This document shows positions 25,649 through 35,934 of a DNA stretch of 64,000 nucleotides, piece by piece (the first letter of the stretch is position 1; each line of letters starts with the position of its first letter). The notes beneath the pieces are model-generated. The model did no database searches. It was given only the letters and a program-made list of their open reading frames with translations, and had not been told where the DNA came from. A program made the position numbers and the translations under genes. Source of the DNA: an uncultured Oscillospiraceae bacterium (GTDB lineage: Bacteria; Bacillota; Clostridia; Peptostreptococcales; Anaerovoracaceae); assembly GCA_964345365.1 (NCBI GenBank), contig CAYFQR010000002.1:33-64032 (forward strand), written 5' to 3'.

Positions 25649-28600
25649 TTATATTTCGAATTCATCGCCGAGCTTAAGCGAGAGCACCTTGGAAATGCCC
25701 TGCTCAGGCATGGTAACTCCGTAGAGTACGTCGGCATACTCCATAGTAGCTTTTTGGTGAGTTACTACCGCGAATTGAATGTCGTTAAACTTTTTAAGAT
25801 ATCTTGCAAATCTGTCAATGTTCGCATCGTCAAGCGCCGCTTCCACCTCGTCCAAAATGCAGAAAGGGGTCGGCTTGGTCTTTAACACCGCAAACATGAG
25901 CGCAATGGCGGTCATCGACTTCTCTCCGCCCGAAAGAAGATTGATATTCTGGAGCTTCTTTCCGGGCGGCTGTGCAATTATATCTATCCCCGACTCTAAA
26001 GGATTGTCCTCATCCTCAAGCCTGAGTTCCGCTGTACCTCCGCCAAAAAGCTCGCGGAATATCTCCTCAAAATTGACGACAATCTCGTTAAAGTTCTTTT
26101 TGAACCTCGACTTAATGTTTATGTCCATATCGCTTATTATGTCATTAAGCTCATCCATAGCATCGGTGATATCTTTTCTCTGCTCCTTCAGAAAGCCGTA
26201 TCTTTCGGAAACTCTGTCAAACTCGTCGATTGCACCTACGTTTATCTCTCCTAATTCTTCAAGCCTGTTCTTGATTTCACGGCTTTCTTTTACGGCACTT
26301 GAGTAAACAAAATCTTCTTTTTTAAGTTCGAGCGCCTGTGCATAATTGATTTCAAAGTCTTCAATGAGCTTCTGTTTGGCTGCTTCGAGTTGGGCTTCGT
26401 TTCTCGCAAATCTGATTTCCTGCTGCTGCTTTTGATCCGCATAGGAGTTATATTCCTCCGTAATTCTGTCAAACTCGAGCTTAATCTCTGAAATCTCCGA
26501 AATCACGCCTGCCCTATCCTTATCGACATGTTCGATATATTCCTCTAATTCCTGCTTTTCAGAACACAAGTTATTGTAAACCTCTATCGAATCCCCCGAC
26601 CCGAACATAAGCTTATCTCTATAGCCTTCTATTCTTTCTTTGTCCTCTACCTTGCTGTCTATCTGCTCGGTAAATTCATCTATATTATCCTGGGATATCT
26701 CCAGCAATGTTTCGAGCGAATCAAGCTTGTTATCAATTTCGGTCTTCTTAACCCTTGCCTCCGTAATAGCTTCGTTTGATAAGCTTATCTTCGCCTGAAT
26801 ATCTTCAAGAAGCTCCATTTCCTTCAAAGAATCTTCTTCAAGGGCCTTTATCTGTTCATCCAATCCGTCAGCCTTCAGGTTTGCCTCCTCAATCAGTTTA
26901 TCGGCATTCCGGTAATCATTTTCGATAGCATCAAGCTCCCTGTCCCTCTTCTCATTAGCTTCCTGAGCGTTTCTGCCCGTTTCGTTAAGAGTTATAATCT
27001 TCGCCTGAATATTGGCTTCACGGAGCATAAGTTCGGACAAGCCGCTTTCAAGCACCTCTATTTCTTTTTCAAGACCGCTCTTCAAAGCCTCTTTTTCAGA
27101 AATTGCGTCCTTTGTCTCTTTTAACGATTTTTCGAACGCCGTAAGTTTTTCTTCCAACTTGGAAATCTCATTTTTTCTTGCAAGAAGATCGGCTGTTTGA
27201 TTCTTATATTTTCCGCCTGTAATGGCACCCGACGCGTTTATGACCTCTCCGTCAAGAGTTACGAATCTGATGCCGCTGCCGACATTTTTCGACAACCTTA
27301 TGGCAGTATCGATATGATCAACAATAACAACCCTGCCGAGCAGATATTCGGCAATTCCGCCGTATTTTTTTTCAAAACTTACGATATCCGACGCAAGCCC
27401 TTCAAATCCTCTCGCACCCGATATGGTCTTATCCAAGTTGATTTTTTTGCCGCGTACGGACTCGATGGGCAGAAAAGTCAGTCTTCCGGACTTTGTATCC
27501 TTAAGGAGATTTATCGCTTTCTTCGCATCTTCGTCCTTTTCACAAACAATATTCTGAAGGGAACCGCCGAGGGCCGTTTCTATAGCAACCTCGTAACCTT
27601 TGGGTACATTTATGAGCTCGGCGACAACACCTGAAATACCCCTGAGGTTACTTTTCATTATAAACTTTACGGCTCCGTTATATCCCTCGTAATTTGCTTC
27701 CATTTCCTCTATCGTAGTCTTTCTCGACAGAGCCTGTGAGGATTTTATCCTGAGCTCCTCACCCCTCGTGAAGAGCTCCTTCAATTCTTTCGACAGCTTA
27801 TTTTTATGCTCGATTGCGGAAAATTTCTTTTCGGTTTTTTCTGAAATCCGGCGTTCTGTTTCATCTTTTTCTTTTTCTGCCTTTTCTATCTCGGCGTAAA
27901 CCGCACCGGAGCTTGAAGCAAGTTCCTCCGCTTCGGCGATTACCTCTTCTTTTCTCTTAAGGAGAGACTCCTTAAGCCCTCTTACCGAAGCAGCTTCGCT
28001 CCTCAAGGATGAAACCTTGTTTGAGATTCCCAAAATCATATTCTTATTCTCATCAATAGCAGATTGATGTTCCAGAGATGATTTTAAGAGCTTATTATAT
28101 TCATCAATTCGCTCAGCAAGTTCAAGAGACGATTTCTCTATGCCGACCGAAAGCTCTTCCTTTTTCTTTTCATTTTCGTAAGAAGCTGTGATTTCTTTTT
28201 CGAGCTTGGCGTTCAAGGCTTCTATTTCTCTGCCCAGTCTTCCTAAATCTCTCTCGAATCCGGCCATCTTTTCGTCGGAAAGTTGATTTTCATTGGTCAT
28301 GCGGTTGATTTCATTGACCTTATCGAGCAGCTTTTCCCTCGCCTCATTGCCGAGCTGAAGCAAGGCTTCACTTCTGTCGCGGGCCTCCTGTATCTTGACT
28401 TCAAGTGTGTTCCTATCAACCGTAAGCCTGTTTATGTCCTTGGAAAGCTTGGAAATATCATCTGCTCCGGATTCATTGGAATCATTGAATTTCTCAATAT
28501 TACGAAGCGTGATATTGATGTCGAGTTCTCTTTTCTTTTCCCTGAGTACGAGAGCCTCTTTAGCCTTTATGCTCTCATCTTCAAGCGAACCTATCCTGTC

Positions 28601-29197
28601 CTCAATCTCGCCGATTATATCATTTACCCTGTCAAGGTTAATATTCGCATTTGCGAGCTTACGCTCCGCTTCCTGTTTTTTGGTTTTGTACATCACAACG
28701 CCGGCTGATTCCTCGAAGATTTCTCTCCTTTCATCAGCCTTTCCGTCTATGATATTCTGTATTTTCCCCTGTCCTATCAAAGAATACCCGTCAACACCGA
28801 TTCCGGTATCCATGATAAGCTCTCTTATATCTCTTAAACGGCACTGATTATTATTAATCAGATATTCGGATTCGCCGGAACGATACATCCTTCTGGTAAT
28901 CGCAACTTCATTGTAATCAATGGGTAATATGTTTTCGGAATTATCGATTACAAGCGTAACTTCCGCCATTCCTCTGGATTTTCTGGAGGCCGTGCCGTTA
29001 AAGATTACCTCTTCCATTTTGCCGCCCCTCAGCATTTTAGGGCTCTGCTCACCGAGTGCCCAACGGATTGCATCGCTTATATTTGATTTTCCCGAACCGT
29101 TCGGCCCTACAATACAGGTAACTCCCGGATGGAAGTCTATTATCACCGGCTCCGCAAAGGACTTGAACCCGTGCATTTCAATTCTCTTAAAATACAT
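25649..29197 (-). CDS. smc: Chromosome partition protein Smc
   Basis: 1182 aa. N-terminal GPNGSGKSN Walker A, long coiled coils, a hinge, and C-terminal LSGGEKSMTAIAL plus Walker B ILDEVEAALD. Confidence 0.95.
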   Translation of the reverse strand: MYFKRIEMHGFKSFAEPVIIDFHPGVTCIVGPNGSGKSNISDAIRWALGEQSPKMLRGGKMEEVIFNGTASRKSRGMAEVTLVIDNSENILPIDYNEVAITRRMYRSGESEYLINNNQCRLRDIRELIMDTGIGVDGYSLIGQGKIQNIIDGKADERREIFEESAGVVMYKTKKQEAERKLANANINLDRVNDIIGEIEDRIGSLEDESIKAKEALVLREKKRELDINITLRNIEKFNDSNESGADDISKLSKDINRLTVDRNTLEVKIQEARDRSEALLQLGNEAREKLLDKVNEINRMTNENQLSDEKMAGFERDLGRLGREIEALNAKLEKEITASYENEKKKEELSVGIEKSSLELAERIDEYNKLLKSSLEHQSAIDENKNMILGISNKVSSLRSEAASVRGLKESLLKRKEEVIAEAEELASSSGAVYAEIEKAEKEKDETERRISEKTEKKFSAIEHKNKLSKELKELFTRGEELRIKSSQALSRKTTIEEMEANYEGYNGAVKFIMKSNLRGISGVVAELINVPKGYEVAIETALGGSLQNIVCEKDEDAKKAINLLKDTKSGRLTFLPIESVRGKKINLDKTISGARGFEGLASDIVSFEKKYGGIAEYLLGRVVIVDHIDTAIRLSKNVGSGIRFVTLDGEVINASGAITGGKYKNQTADLLARKNEISKLEEKLTAFEKSLKETKDAISEKEALKSGLEKEIEVLESGLSELMLREANIQAKIITLNETGRNAQEANEKRDRELDAIENDYRNADKLIEEANLKADGLDEQIKALEEDSLKEMELLEDIQAKISLSNEAITEARVKKTEIDNKLDSLETLLEISQDNIDEFTEQIDSKVEDKERIEGYRDKLMFGSGDSIEVYNNLCSEKQELEEYIEHVDKDRAGVISEISEIKLEFDRITEEYNSYADQKQQQEIRFARNEAQLEAAKQKLIEDFEINYAQALELKKEDFVYSSAVKESREIKNRLEELGEINVGAIDEFDRVSERYGFLKEQRKDITDAMDELNDIISDMDINIKSRFKKNFNEIVVNFEEIFRELFGGGTAELRLEDEDNPLESGIDIIAQPPGKKLQNINLLSGGEKSMTAIALMFAVLKTKPTPFCILDEVEAALDDANIDRFARYLKKFNDIQFAVVTHQKATMEYADVLYGVTMPEQGISKVLSLKLGDEFEI

Positions 29198-29200
29198 TTA

Positions 29201-29890
29201 TTACCTCTCAATTAACTCAAGTGTTGCTTTTGCGGCATTCTGTTCCGCCTCTTTTTTTGTTTTGCCGCAACCTCTTCCGTATTTTTTGCCGTCACATATA
29301 AGATGCGCATAAAACAGCTTGTCATGTGCAGGGCCTTCTTCTCCGTCAATTATGTAGCTGAGATCCACATTGCCGTGCTTAGCCTGAAAAAGCTCCTGAA
29401 TCTCGGACTTGTAATCCGAAAATATCTCTCCGTCAATGGCTTTTTTTATGGTTGGCTCGAATAATCGTTTAATCATCGCCATCGTCTCATCCAAATCGCT
29501 ATCCATAAAAATCGCCCCTATAATTGCTTCCAGACAGTCTGCAAGTATGGAGTCCTTATCTCTGCCGCCGTAATGTTTTTCACCGTTACTTAAATAAATG
29601 AACTCGCCCAGATTAAGTTTCCTCGCTATTTCCGCAAGTGACCTCTCACATACCACCTTCGCTCTCGTCTTCGAAAGTACTCCCTCCGACACCGTCGGCA
29701 TCTTTTCATAAAGCACGAGGCCGATGACAGCATCTAAAAGAGCATCTCCTATGAATTCGAGTCTCTCATTAAATTCGGACTTCTTCATCCCGACATCATT
29801 TCCATAGGAGCTGTGCGTAAGCGCCGTCTTCAAAAGTTTTATATCCTTAAACTCATAGCCGAGCAAGCTCATAAGTTTTTTCTCATTCAT
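29201..29890 (-). CDS. rnc: Ribonuclease III
   Basis: 229 aa. NERLEFIGDALLD signature and a C-terminal dsRBD. Confidence 0.93.
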   Translation of the reverse strand: MNEKKLMSLLGYEFKDIKLLKTALTHSSYGNDVGMKKSEFNERLEFIGDALLDAVIGLVLYEKMPTVSEGVLSKTRAKVVCERSLAEIARKLNLGEFIYLSNGEKHYGGRDKDSILADCLEAIIGAIFMDSDLDETMAMIKRLFEPTIKKAIDGEIFSDYKSEIQELFQAKHGNVDLSYIIDGEEGPAHDKLFYAHLICDGKKYGRGCGKTKKEAEQNAAKATLELIER

Positions 29891-30882
29891 TTGATATATT
29901 CCTGAATCTTCTCCACTACATCCTTTTCCACAAAAGGAATAGCCTTTAATATCGTGTTCTTTACGCCTTTACCGGAAGACGAACCGTGCATTTTGACAAG
30001 CGGTTTTTTGAGCCCTAAAATCGGTGCTCCGCCATACTCTGAATAATCCGTCTCTTTCTTTATCTCCATGAGCTTGTCCACAAGGAGAAGCGAGCCTATT
30101 CTGGCATGAATACCGCTCGTAAATTTTTTCTTGATAACCTTGAAGATATTCCATGCCATCCCCTCGGTGAGCTTAAGAATTACATTGCCGGTAAATCCGT
30201 CCGTCACTATTACATCGCACCTTCCTTTAGGTACGTCTCTTGCTTCCATATTGCCGATGAAATTAATTCCGCTCTCTTTAAGGAGCCCGTAAGCCTCCTT
30301 AGTGAGAGATGTCCCTTTTTTTTCTTCGGTTCCGATATTTACAAGAGCGACCATAGGATTTTCTCTGCCAATTACTTTTTCCATGTATATGGAGCCCATA
30401 ATGCCGAAATCATATAAATTCTTCGGCTTGCATTCCGCATTGGCTCCAGCATCACAAAGAAGTGAAGGCCTCCCGCCGATTATAGGGTATATGCTGCAAA
30501 TCGCAGGCCTGTCTATGCCCTTGACTCTTCCGATATTGAACAATCCGGCAGCAAGCAAAGCTCCCGTCGAACCGCCGGAAATAAAGATATCCGCCTCTCC
30601 GTCCTTTAACATTCCTATGCCTTTAACGATAGTGGAATCTTTCTTTTTTCTGACCGCAAGAGCAGGGCTCTCGGAATTGGTAATAACCTCCGTAGCGTCT
30701 ACAAAGGAAATGCTGCCCTTTAGCTGCCTCTTTTTCATATGTTTTTCGGCCAAAGACCGTATCGTCTCAATAGGCCCTATAATACAAATCTCATGTTCGG
30801 TTTCCGTTGCCGCTAAAACCGCACCCTCTACTACCGCTTCAGGAGCGTTATCTCCGCCCATTCCGTCTATTAATATTCTCAA
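29887..30882 (-). CDS. plsX: Phosphate acyltransferase PlsX
   Basis: 331 aa. Has MRILIDGMGGDNAPEAVVEG and PlsX core motifs. The stop overlaps the rnc start. Confidence 0.92.
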   Translation of the reverse strand: MRILIDGMGGDNAPEAVVEGAVLAATETEHEICIIGPIETIRSLAEKHMKKRQLKGSISFVDATEVITNSESPALAVRKKKDSTIVKGIGMLKDGEADIFISGGSTGALLAAGLFNIGRVKGIDRPAICSIYPIIGGRPSLLCDAGANAECKPKNLYDFGIMGSIYMEKVIGRENPMVALVNIGTEEKKGTSLTKEAYGLLKESGINFIGNMEARDVPKGRCDVIVTDGFTGNVILKLTEGMAWNIFKVIKKKFTSGIHARIGSLLLVDKLMEIKKETDYSEYGGAPILGLKKPLVKMHGSSSGKGVKNTILKAIPFVEKDVVEKIQEYIK

Positions 30883-30940
30883 GTCATTCCTCCTATTTCA
30901 GGACACAAATTTACGAGTACTATTTTAACACAAAAAATGC

Positions 30941-30968
30941 AAAAAAGCCAATGTTTATTGGCTTTTTT
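30941..30968 (-). terminator. Rho-independent terminator after glyA (bidirectional shape)
   Basis: AAAAGCCAAT-gttt-ATTGGCTTTT hairpin flanked by A and T runs. It lies 22 nt downstream of the glyA stop. Confidence 0.75.
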
Positions 30969-30989
30969 GGAGTAAAACCCGGGATTTTT

Positions 30990-32219
30990 TTACGCTTTTT
31001 TTTCTTCTCTCAATTCTTTTATGATAGCGTCGATTCTTCTGACAACAACTCTGAAATCTTCCTCGCCGTAACCCCTTGTAGTCATAGGTGCGGTACCGAT
31101 CCTCACACCCGAAGTCTGCATAGGAGAACGCTTCTCGTTCGGAACGCAATTCTTATTAAGCGTGATGCCTCTTAAGTCACATTTCTCCTGAAGTTCCTTG
31201 CCGCTGAACGCCTCATCGGATAAGTCCAAAAGAATTAAGTGATTATCGGTTCCGCCGGTAACAACCTTATATCCCAGTTTGATAAATTCATCGCAGAGAG
31301 CCGCACAATTTTTAACGACCTTTTGAGCATATTCCTTGAAGTCCGGTCTGAGAGCCTCTGTAGCACAAACGGCTTTTCCGGCGATTATGTGTTCGAGCGG
31401 GCCGCCCTGAGCAAAAGGAAAAATAGCCGAATCGACTTTTTTTGCAAGCTCAAGCTTGGAGAATATAAGACCGCCTCTCGGTCCCCTTAATGTCTTGTGA
31501 GTTGTTGTGGTGATGAGGTCGGCAATTCCGAACGGAGAAGGATGTACGCCTCCTGCTACAAGCCCCGCAATATGAGCCATGTCCACCATGAAATATGCGC
31601 CGACTTCCTTTGCAATCTTACCGAACGCCTCAAAATCTATAATTCTCGAATATGCGGATGCACCCGTAAGAATGAGTTTAGGCTTACATTCAAGAGCCTT
31701 TTCTCTCACGCTGTTCATATCGATGAAACCGTTTTCATCGACATCATAAAACACCATATTATATGTCTTACCGCTGAAATTCACAGGGGAACCGTGCGTA
31801 AGGTGTCCGCCATGGTCAAGGTCGAAGCTCAGAACGGTATCACCCGGCTGAAGCACGGCATTAAACGCACCGAAATTAGCCTGCGACCCCGAATGCGGTT
31901 GAACGTTCACATGATAGTCGGTATTAAAAACCTTTCTCCACAGGTCGCAACAATATTCTTCAAGCTGATCGACGAATTCGGTTCCGCCATAGTATCTCCC
32001 CTTGTTTCCCGAATATCTTTCATAAGGATAACCCTCCGCATACTTCCATGAAAGACAGCTTCCGCAAGCAGCCATAACGGCATCCGAGCAATAATTCTCC
32101 GATGCGATAAGCTCAACATTATTTGTCTGTCTGTCAAACTCCTTTTGGACAAGATCGGCCACTTCAGGCGAAGCGGTTCTGATTACATCGATGTTTTCCT
32201 TATTGTATTTCTCATACAT
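30990..32219 (-). CDS. glyA: Serine hydroxymethyltransferase
   Basis: 409 aa. ELIASENY, and TTTTHKTLRGPRGG (PLP-binding Lys). Confidence 0.95.
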   Translation of the reverse strand: MYEKYNKENIDVIRTASPEVADLVQKEFDRQTNNVELIASENYCSDAVMAACGSCLSWKYAEGYPYERYSGNKGRYYGGTEFVDQLEEYCCDLWRKVFNTDYHVNVQPHSGSQANFGAFNAVLQPGDTVLSFDLDHGGHLTHGSPVNFSGKTYNMVFYDVDENGFIDMNSVREKALECKPKLILTGASAYSRIIDFEAFGKIAKEVGAYFMVDMAHIAGLVAGGVHPSPFGIADLITTTTHKTLRGPRGGLIFSKLELAKKVDSAIFPFAQGGPLEHIIAGKAVCATEALRPDFKEYAQKVVKNCAALCDEFIKLGYKVVTGGTDNHLILLDLSDEAFSGKELQEKCDLRGITLNKNCVPNEKRSPMQTSGVRIGTAPMTTRGYGEEDFRVVVRRIDAIIKELREEKKA

Positions 32220-32441
32220 AACTAAGTCCCTCTTTTCGTTAGTTTATAGCAAATAAGCTTAAATTTGTGCATGAGCCTCTCAATCTCATACCACAGATAG
32301 ATACATTATATATATTCGCCGATGAAAAATCAATCTTCTATTGCGCATATTTTATTAAAAATCCGAACCTGCCGACCTTGATTTTGACAGCATCATATTG
32401 TAAAATATCGTCAGACAAAACAATTAACAGGGAGAAACCGA

Positions 32442-33113
32442 TTGAAAAGAACGAAATTGTCGGACAGAGAGCTTCCCGATTACACAGGAGGCGAAGAAAT
32501 ACTTAATACCGTTTCACATTCGGTTGGCGCCGTCTTGGGCGTCCTCGCTTTAATTTTTTGTCTGATACGCTCCGTAAATCATCAAAATGTCTGGGCAATC
32601 GTCGGCAGCACCATATACGGTTCATCACTCATATGGCTCTATACGATGTCCTCCGTTTACCACGGAGTCACTAAGCCAATGCCGAAAAAAGTCCTCCAGA
32701 TACTTGACCATTGCACCATATATTTTCTGATATGCGGCTCATACACGCCCATACTTCTCTGCTCTATACGTCTCGTATCACCGCTTACCTGTTGGTTGCT
32801 TTTCTCTGCAATATGGGGCATTGCGGTAATCGCCATAGTCTTCACGGCCATTGACCTCAAAAAATACGCCGTATTCTCAATGGTCTGTTATATCGGGCTC
32901 GGCTGGTCTGTGGTTTTCGCAATAAAACCTACCTTACAGGCACTTCCGATGCCGGCAATAATATGGCTTCTGGCAGGAGGTATTGCATATACCGTAGGTG
33001 CCGTCATGTATGGATTCGGGTCGAAATACCGCTACATACATTCGGTATTTCACATATTCGTGCTGCTCGGAAGCATATTGCAATTCATCGCGATATATGA
33101 ATATGTTATCTGA
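32442..33113 (+). CDS. Hemolysin-III / PAQR family membrane protein
   Basis: 223 aa with 7 predicted transmembrane helices. The N-terminal EEILNTVSH, SSVYH and C-terminal HSVFH motifs are typical of the family. TTG start after GGGAGAAA. Confidence 0.8.
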   Translation: MKRTKLSDRELPDYTGGEEILNTVSHSVGAVLGVLALIFCLIRSVNHQNVWAIVGSTIYGSSLIWLYTMSSVYHGVTKPMPKKVLQILDHCTIYFLICGSYTPILLCSIRLVSPLTCWLLFSAIWGIAVIAIVFTAIDLKKYAVFSMVCYIGLGWSVVFAIKPTLQALPMPAIIWLLAGGIAYTVGAVMYGFGSKYRYIHSVFHIFVLLGSILQFIAIYEYVI

Positions 33114-33225
33114 CCTGTCACTAATCGACATTGACGGAAAAAATTCGGCATTTACGAGAAATAATCTGCATTGACAGCAAAAAAGACTGTTCAAAGCAAT
33201 ACAAAAACTTTCAAGGAGGAAGCAG

Positions 33226-34152
33226 ATGAATATAAAAGGACTATTGGTTCCTGCACTCACTTTTTTTAATAAAGACGGAAGCCTTGCGAAAGATTTCATA
33301 AGGTGGCATCTTAACTGGCAGCTTTCAAACGGAGTAAACGGTCTGTTCGTCACAGGGACATACGGCTCCGGCTATCTCATGAAACCCGAAGAACGCGCAA
33401 GAGTTTACTCCATAGCAAAAGAAGTAAGCGCGACACATGCCGGCAGCTTCGTAATAGCTCACGTCGGCACAAACGATACTGACAGCTCCGCATATTTGAC
33501 TTCTGAAGCAAAAAAGCTCGGAATTGATGCGGTTGCTGCAGTCAACCCCTGTACATTCAAATATACCGATGACGAACTCGTTTCTTATTATCGCTCGCTT
33601 ACGGATGCGGCAGACGGCATGCCCGTATTCGCATATAACAACCCTTCCCTCACTTCTAAACCCATAGATATCGAGCTTATTAAGAAATTGGTTTCAGTAG
33701 GAGTGTGCGGCATCAAGGATTCCACTTCAAATGTTGAATATGCCGAGAAAATACTCTCTGAAATACCGAATTTCCAATATATCGCCGGCTCTACAAAAAA
33801 CTGGGCAAAAATGCGCAAGCTCGGAATCGATACGCTCATATCCGGAATGTGCAACTATATCCCTGAACTGATATCATCGATGTATACAGCTTCAATGAAC
33901 GATGACGAAGAACTTTTCTACGCTCTGTTTAATATGCTTGAAGATGTCGGTGACACGGTTAAAAAAGGGAATTCCGTCGTTTCATCACAGCTTGCCCTGA
34001 AATCAAGAGGCTACAATGTACCTTATATGAAACGTCCCCTTTTCGCAGACTATGATAATAATGCGTCCCGGATGTCCGAGATGTCCGAAATAATCTCGGA
34101 AACGGACAAAAAAATAAAAGACCTCATTTCCGACTTCAGATTCGTAGAATGA
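33226..34152 (+). CDS. Dihydrodipicolinate synthase / N-acetylneuraminate lyase family protein (substrate unknown)
   Basis: 308 aa. Class-I aldolase pattern: GLFVTGTYGSG, FAYNNP (Tyr) and GIKDS (Schiff-base Lys). GGAGGAAG RBS. Confidence 0.7.
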   Translation: MNIKGLLVPALTFFNKDGSLAKDFIRWHLNWQLSNGVNGLFVTGTYGSGYLMKPEERARVYSIAKEVSATHAGSFVIAHVGTNDTDSSAYLTSEAKKLGIDAVAAVNPCTFKYTDDELVSYYRSLTDAADGMPVFAYNNPSLTSKPIDIELIKKLVSVGVCGIKDSTSNVEYAEKILSEIPNFQYIAGSTKNWAKMRKLGIDTLISGMCNYIPELISSMYTASMNDDEELFYALFNMLEDVGDTVKKGNSVVSSQLALKSRGYNVPYMKRPLFADYDNNASRMSEMSEIISETDKKIKDLISDFRFVE

Positions 34153-34185
34153 GGTAAGCATTGACTTGCCTTATATTAAACTGAA

Positions 34186-34626
34186 TCAAAACTCCAACTT
34201 CATGACCTTAGGGAAACATGAAACCTCGTATTGAGGACATTGACCGCACTCGAAGAAATTCGGTGCGGTTTCGTTGTCTATCGCAGTAAATCCGAGTTTT
34301 TCAAAAAATGCGGGAACTTTGGCAACAAGGAAAACTCTGTTTCCGCCGCGACTCTTTATCTCCTCTACAGCCTTATCGAGCATTATTCTTCCGATACCGG
34401 TCTTTCTCATTGGAGGGTCGACCGCTATACCGTCTATAATATATTCTCCCTCTCTCATTGCCAAAATTATTCCTCCGACGAGAAAATCAGGTTCTTGAGT
34501 TACTTTCCAGCACTTTATTATATCCGTGTCGACTTCATCCTCAACATCAAATTCCAAGCCGAAAGGAATCATGAAATCAACCAATCTGTCATATTCGTCA
34601 GTCTGACTGAGTTTGAATCTCATCAT
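34186..34626 (-). CDS. GNAT-family N-acetyltransferase
   Basis: 146 aa. Acetyl-CoA binding motif (RKTGIGRIMLDKAVEE) and a Cys-containing C-terminus. Confidence 0.7.
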   Translation of the reverse strand: MMRFKLSQTDEYDRLVDFMIPFGLEFDVEDEVDTDIIKCWKVTQEPDFLVGGIILAMREGEYIIDGIAVDPPMRKTGIGRIMLDKAVEEIKSRGGNRVFLVAKVPAFFEKLGFTAIDNETAPNFFECGQCPQYEVSCFPKVMKLEF

Positions 34627-34637
34627 AGTTTATCGCC

Positions 34638-35927
34638 TCATTTGTTTTTCTTGTCCGTGACATGTTTTTTAACATACTCGGAATAATATCTGTATACTAT
34701 TACGACAACCAAAAATCCGAGAGATATGGCTAACGCAACCTCAAGCGCAATTTTCCCGAAATACGCCGCGTACTTTTCTTCATCTTCAATTATGAACCTC
34801 ATCGTGCTGTATAGCGCCGAGCCCGGGATAAGAGTTACAGCACCCGGTGCCAAGAAAACCGTTGCAGGCGCTTTTTTCGTTTTAGCCATAATCTCCGCAT
34901 AAACAGCTGCGAAAATTGCCGCCAATAAGTTCGTAATAAAGAGGTCATGTTTGAATATCGAAGATAAAAAAAGATATATACCCCAAGTCAGAGTACCGCC
35001 TACGGCTGCATAAACGACATGGTTTTTCTTAAGATTATAATAAAGTGAAAAACCTACGCATCCGATAAACGCAGCCGATATCTGCACCGCAATCCTGAAA
35101 TCCCCGCTTCTTGCCGCAATCGACAGCGCATTGGGAAACAGCTCTATCGGTAAGACATTTTGCAGCTGCCTTATAAATGCCAGCGGTATCGCGAAACCGA
35201 ATGCTATAAACAAGGCTGTCAGTATCGAATTGACAAGCCTTATCATGCCCGATGCGACATCACCGATAAGCATATCCCTTATGGAGTTAGTCATGGCAAT
35301 GCCCGGTATCAAAAGCATAATACTTCCGATAGCAATCTTATCTACCGCGCCGAGTCCGAGAGCCGATAAGGTGATTGATACCGTGCCCGCTACAAGCGAG
35401 GTGGTAAATATCAAAGCAATTTGGTTCCTGCCGTATTTCCCGAGGTGTATCAGGAAAAACATGATAACCATTCCGACTAAAGCGGAACTTAAGCCGTCAA
35501 TAAAGGTTCCGTCAAAGAATACGGCGAAACCGCCCGCAACCGTTATCGCACTTAAATATCTGATAAATGGCGAGTATTTCGGCTTTGACATCACCTCATC
35601 ATATCTTCTTTTTATTTCTTCACGGTCAGGCTTATAGCTGCATATATATCTCGACAAGTCATTCAGGCGGTCGATTCTTTCATAATTGGAGTCAGATCTG
35701 ATAACCTGTCTTATCTGTGTAATGATATTACCTTCCGGGTCTTCAAATGTCACCTGAATATTGGATGTTATGATGAACACATTTACTCTCGTAGGATCAC
35801 AGCCGTAAGCGGCACACATCCTGACAATGCTGTCCTCAACTCTATTGACTTCGGCACCTGCAACGAGCATCTCCTCGGCTATATCCAAAACCGTCTGTAA
35901 AAATTTACTATAATTCATTTCTGTCAC
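34638..35927 (-). CDS. Threonine/serine exporter (ThrE) family membrane protein, fused two-domain form
   Basis: 429 aa. The N-terminal part (LDIAEEMLVAGAEVNRVEDSI) is followed by about 10 transmembrane helices. Confidence 0.75.
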   Translation of the reverse strand: MTEMNYSKFLQTVLDIAEEMLVAGAEVNRVEDSIVRMCAAYGCDPTRVNVFIITSNIQVTFEDPEGNIITQIRQVIRSDSNYERIDRLNDLSRYICSYKPDREEIKRRYDEVMSKPKYSPFIRYLSAITVAGGFAVFFDGTFIDGLSSALVGMVIMFFLIHLGKYGRNQIALIFTTSLVAGTVSITLSALGLGAVDKIAIGSIMLLIPGIAMTNSIRDMLIGDVASGMIRLVNSILTALFIAFGFAIPLAFIRQLQNVLPIELFPNALSIAARSGDFRIAVQISAAFIGCVGFSLYYNLKKNHVVYAAVGGTLTWGIYLFLSSIFKHDLFITNLLAAIFAAVYAEIMAKTKKAPATVFLAPGAVTLIPGSALYSTMRFIIEDEEKYAAYFGKIALEVALAISLGFLVVVIVYRYYSEYVKKHVTDKKNK

Positions 35928-35934
35928 CTAATTG

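Noticed and set aside
32220-32441. ZTP or THF-type riboswitch upstream of glyA (also looked in 56626-56800 upstream of purH).
   Set aside because: I found no CCGCCUGGGC-like pseudoknot element or other conserved core by eye. This would need an Infernal scan to exclude formally.
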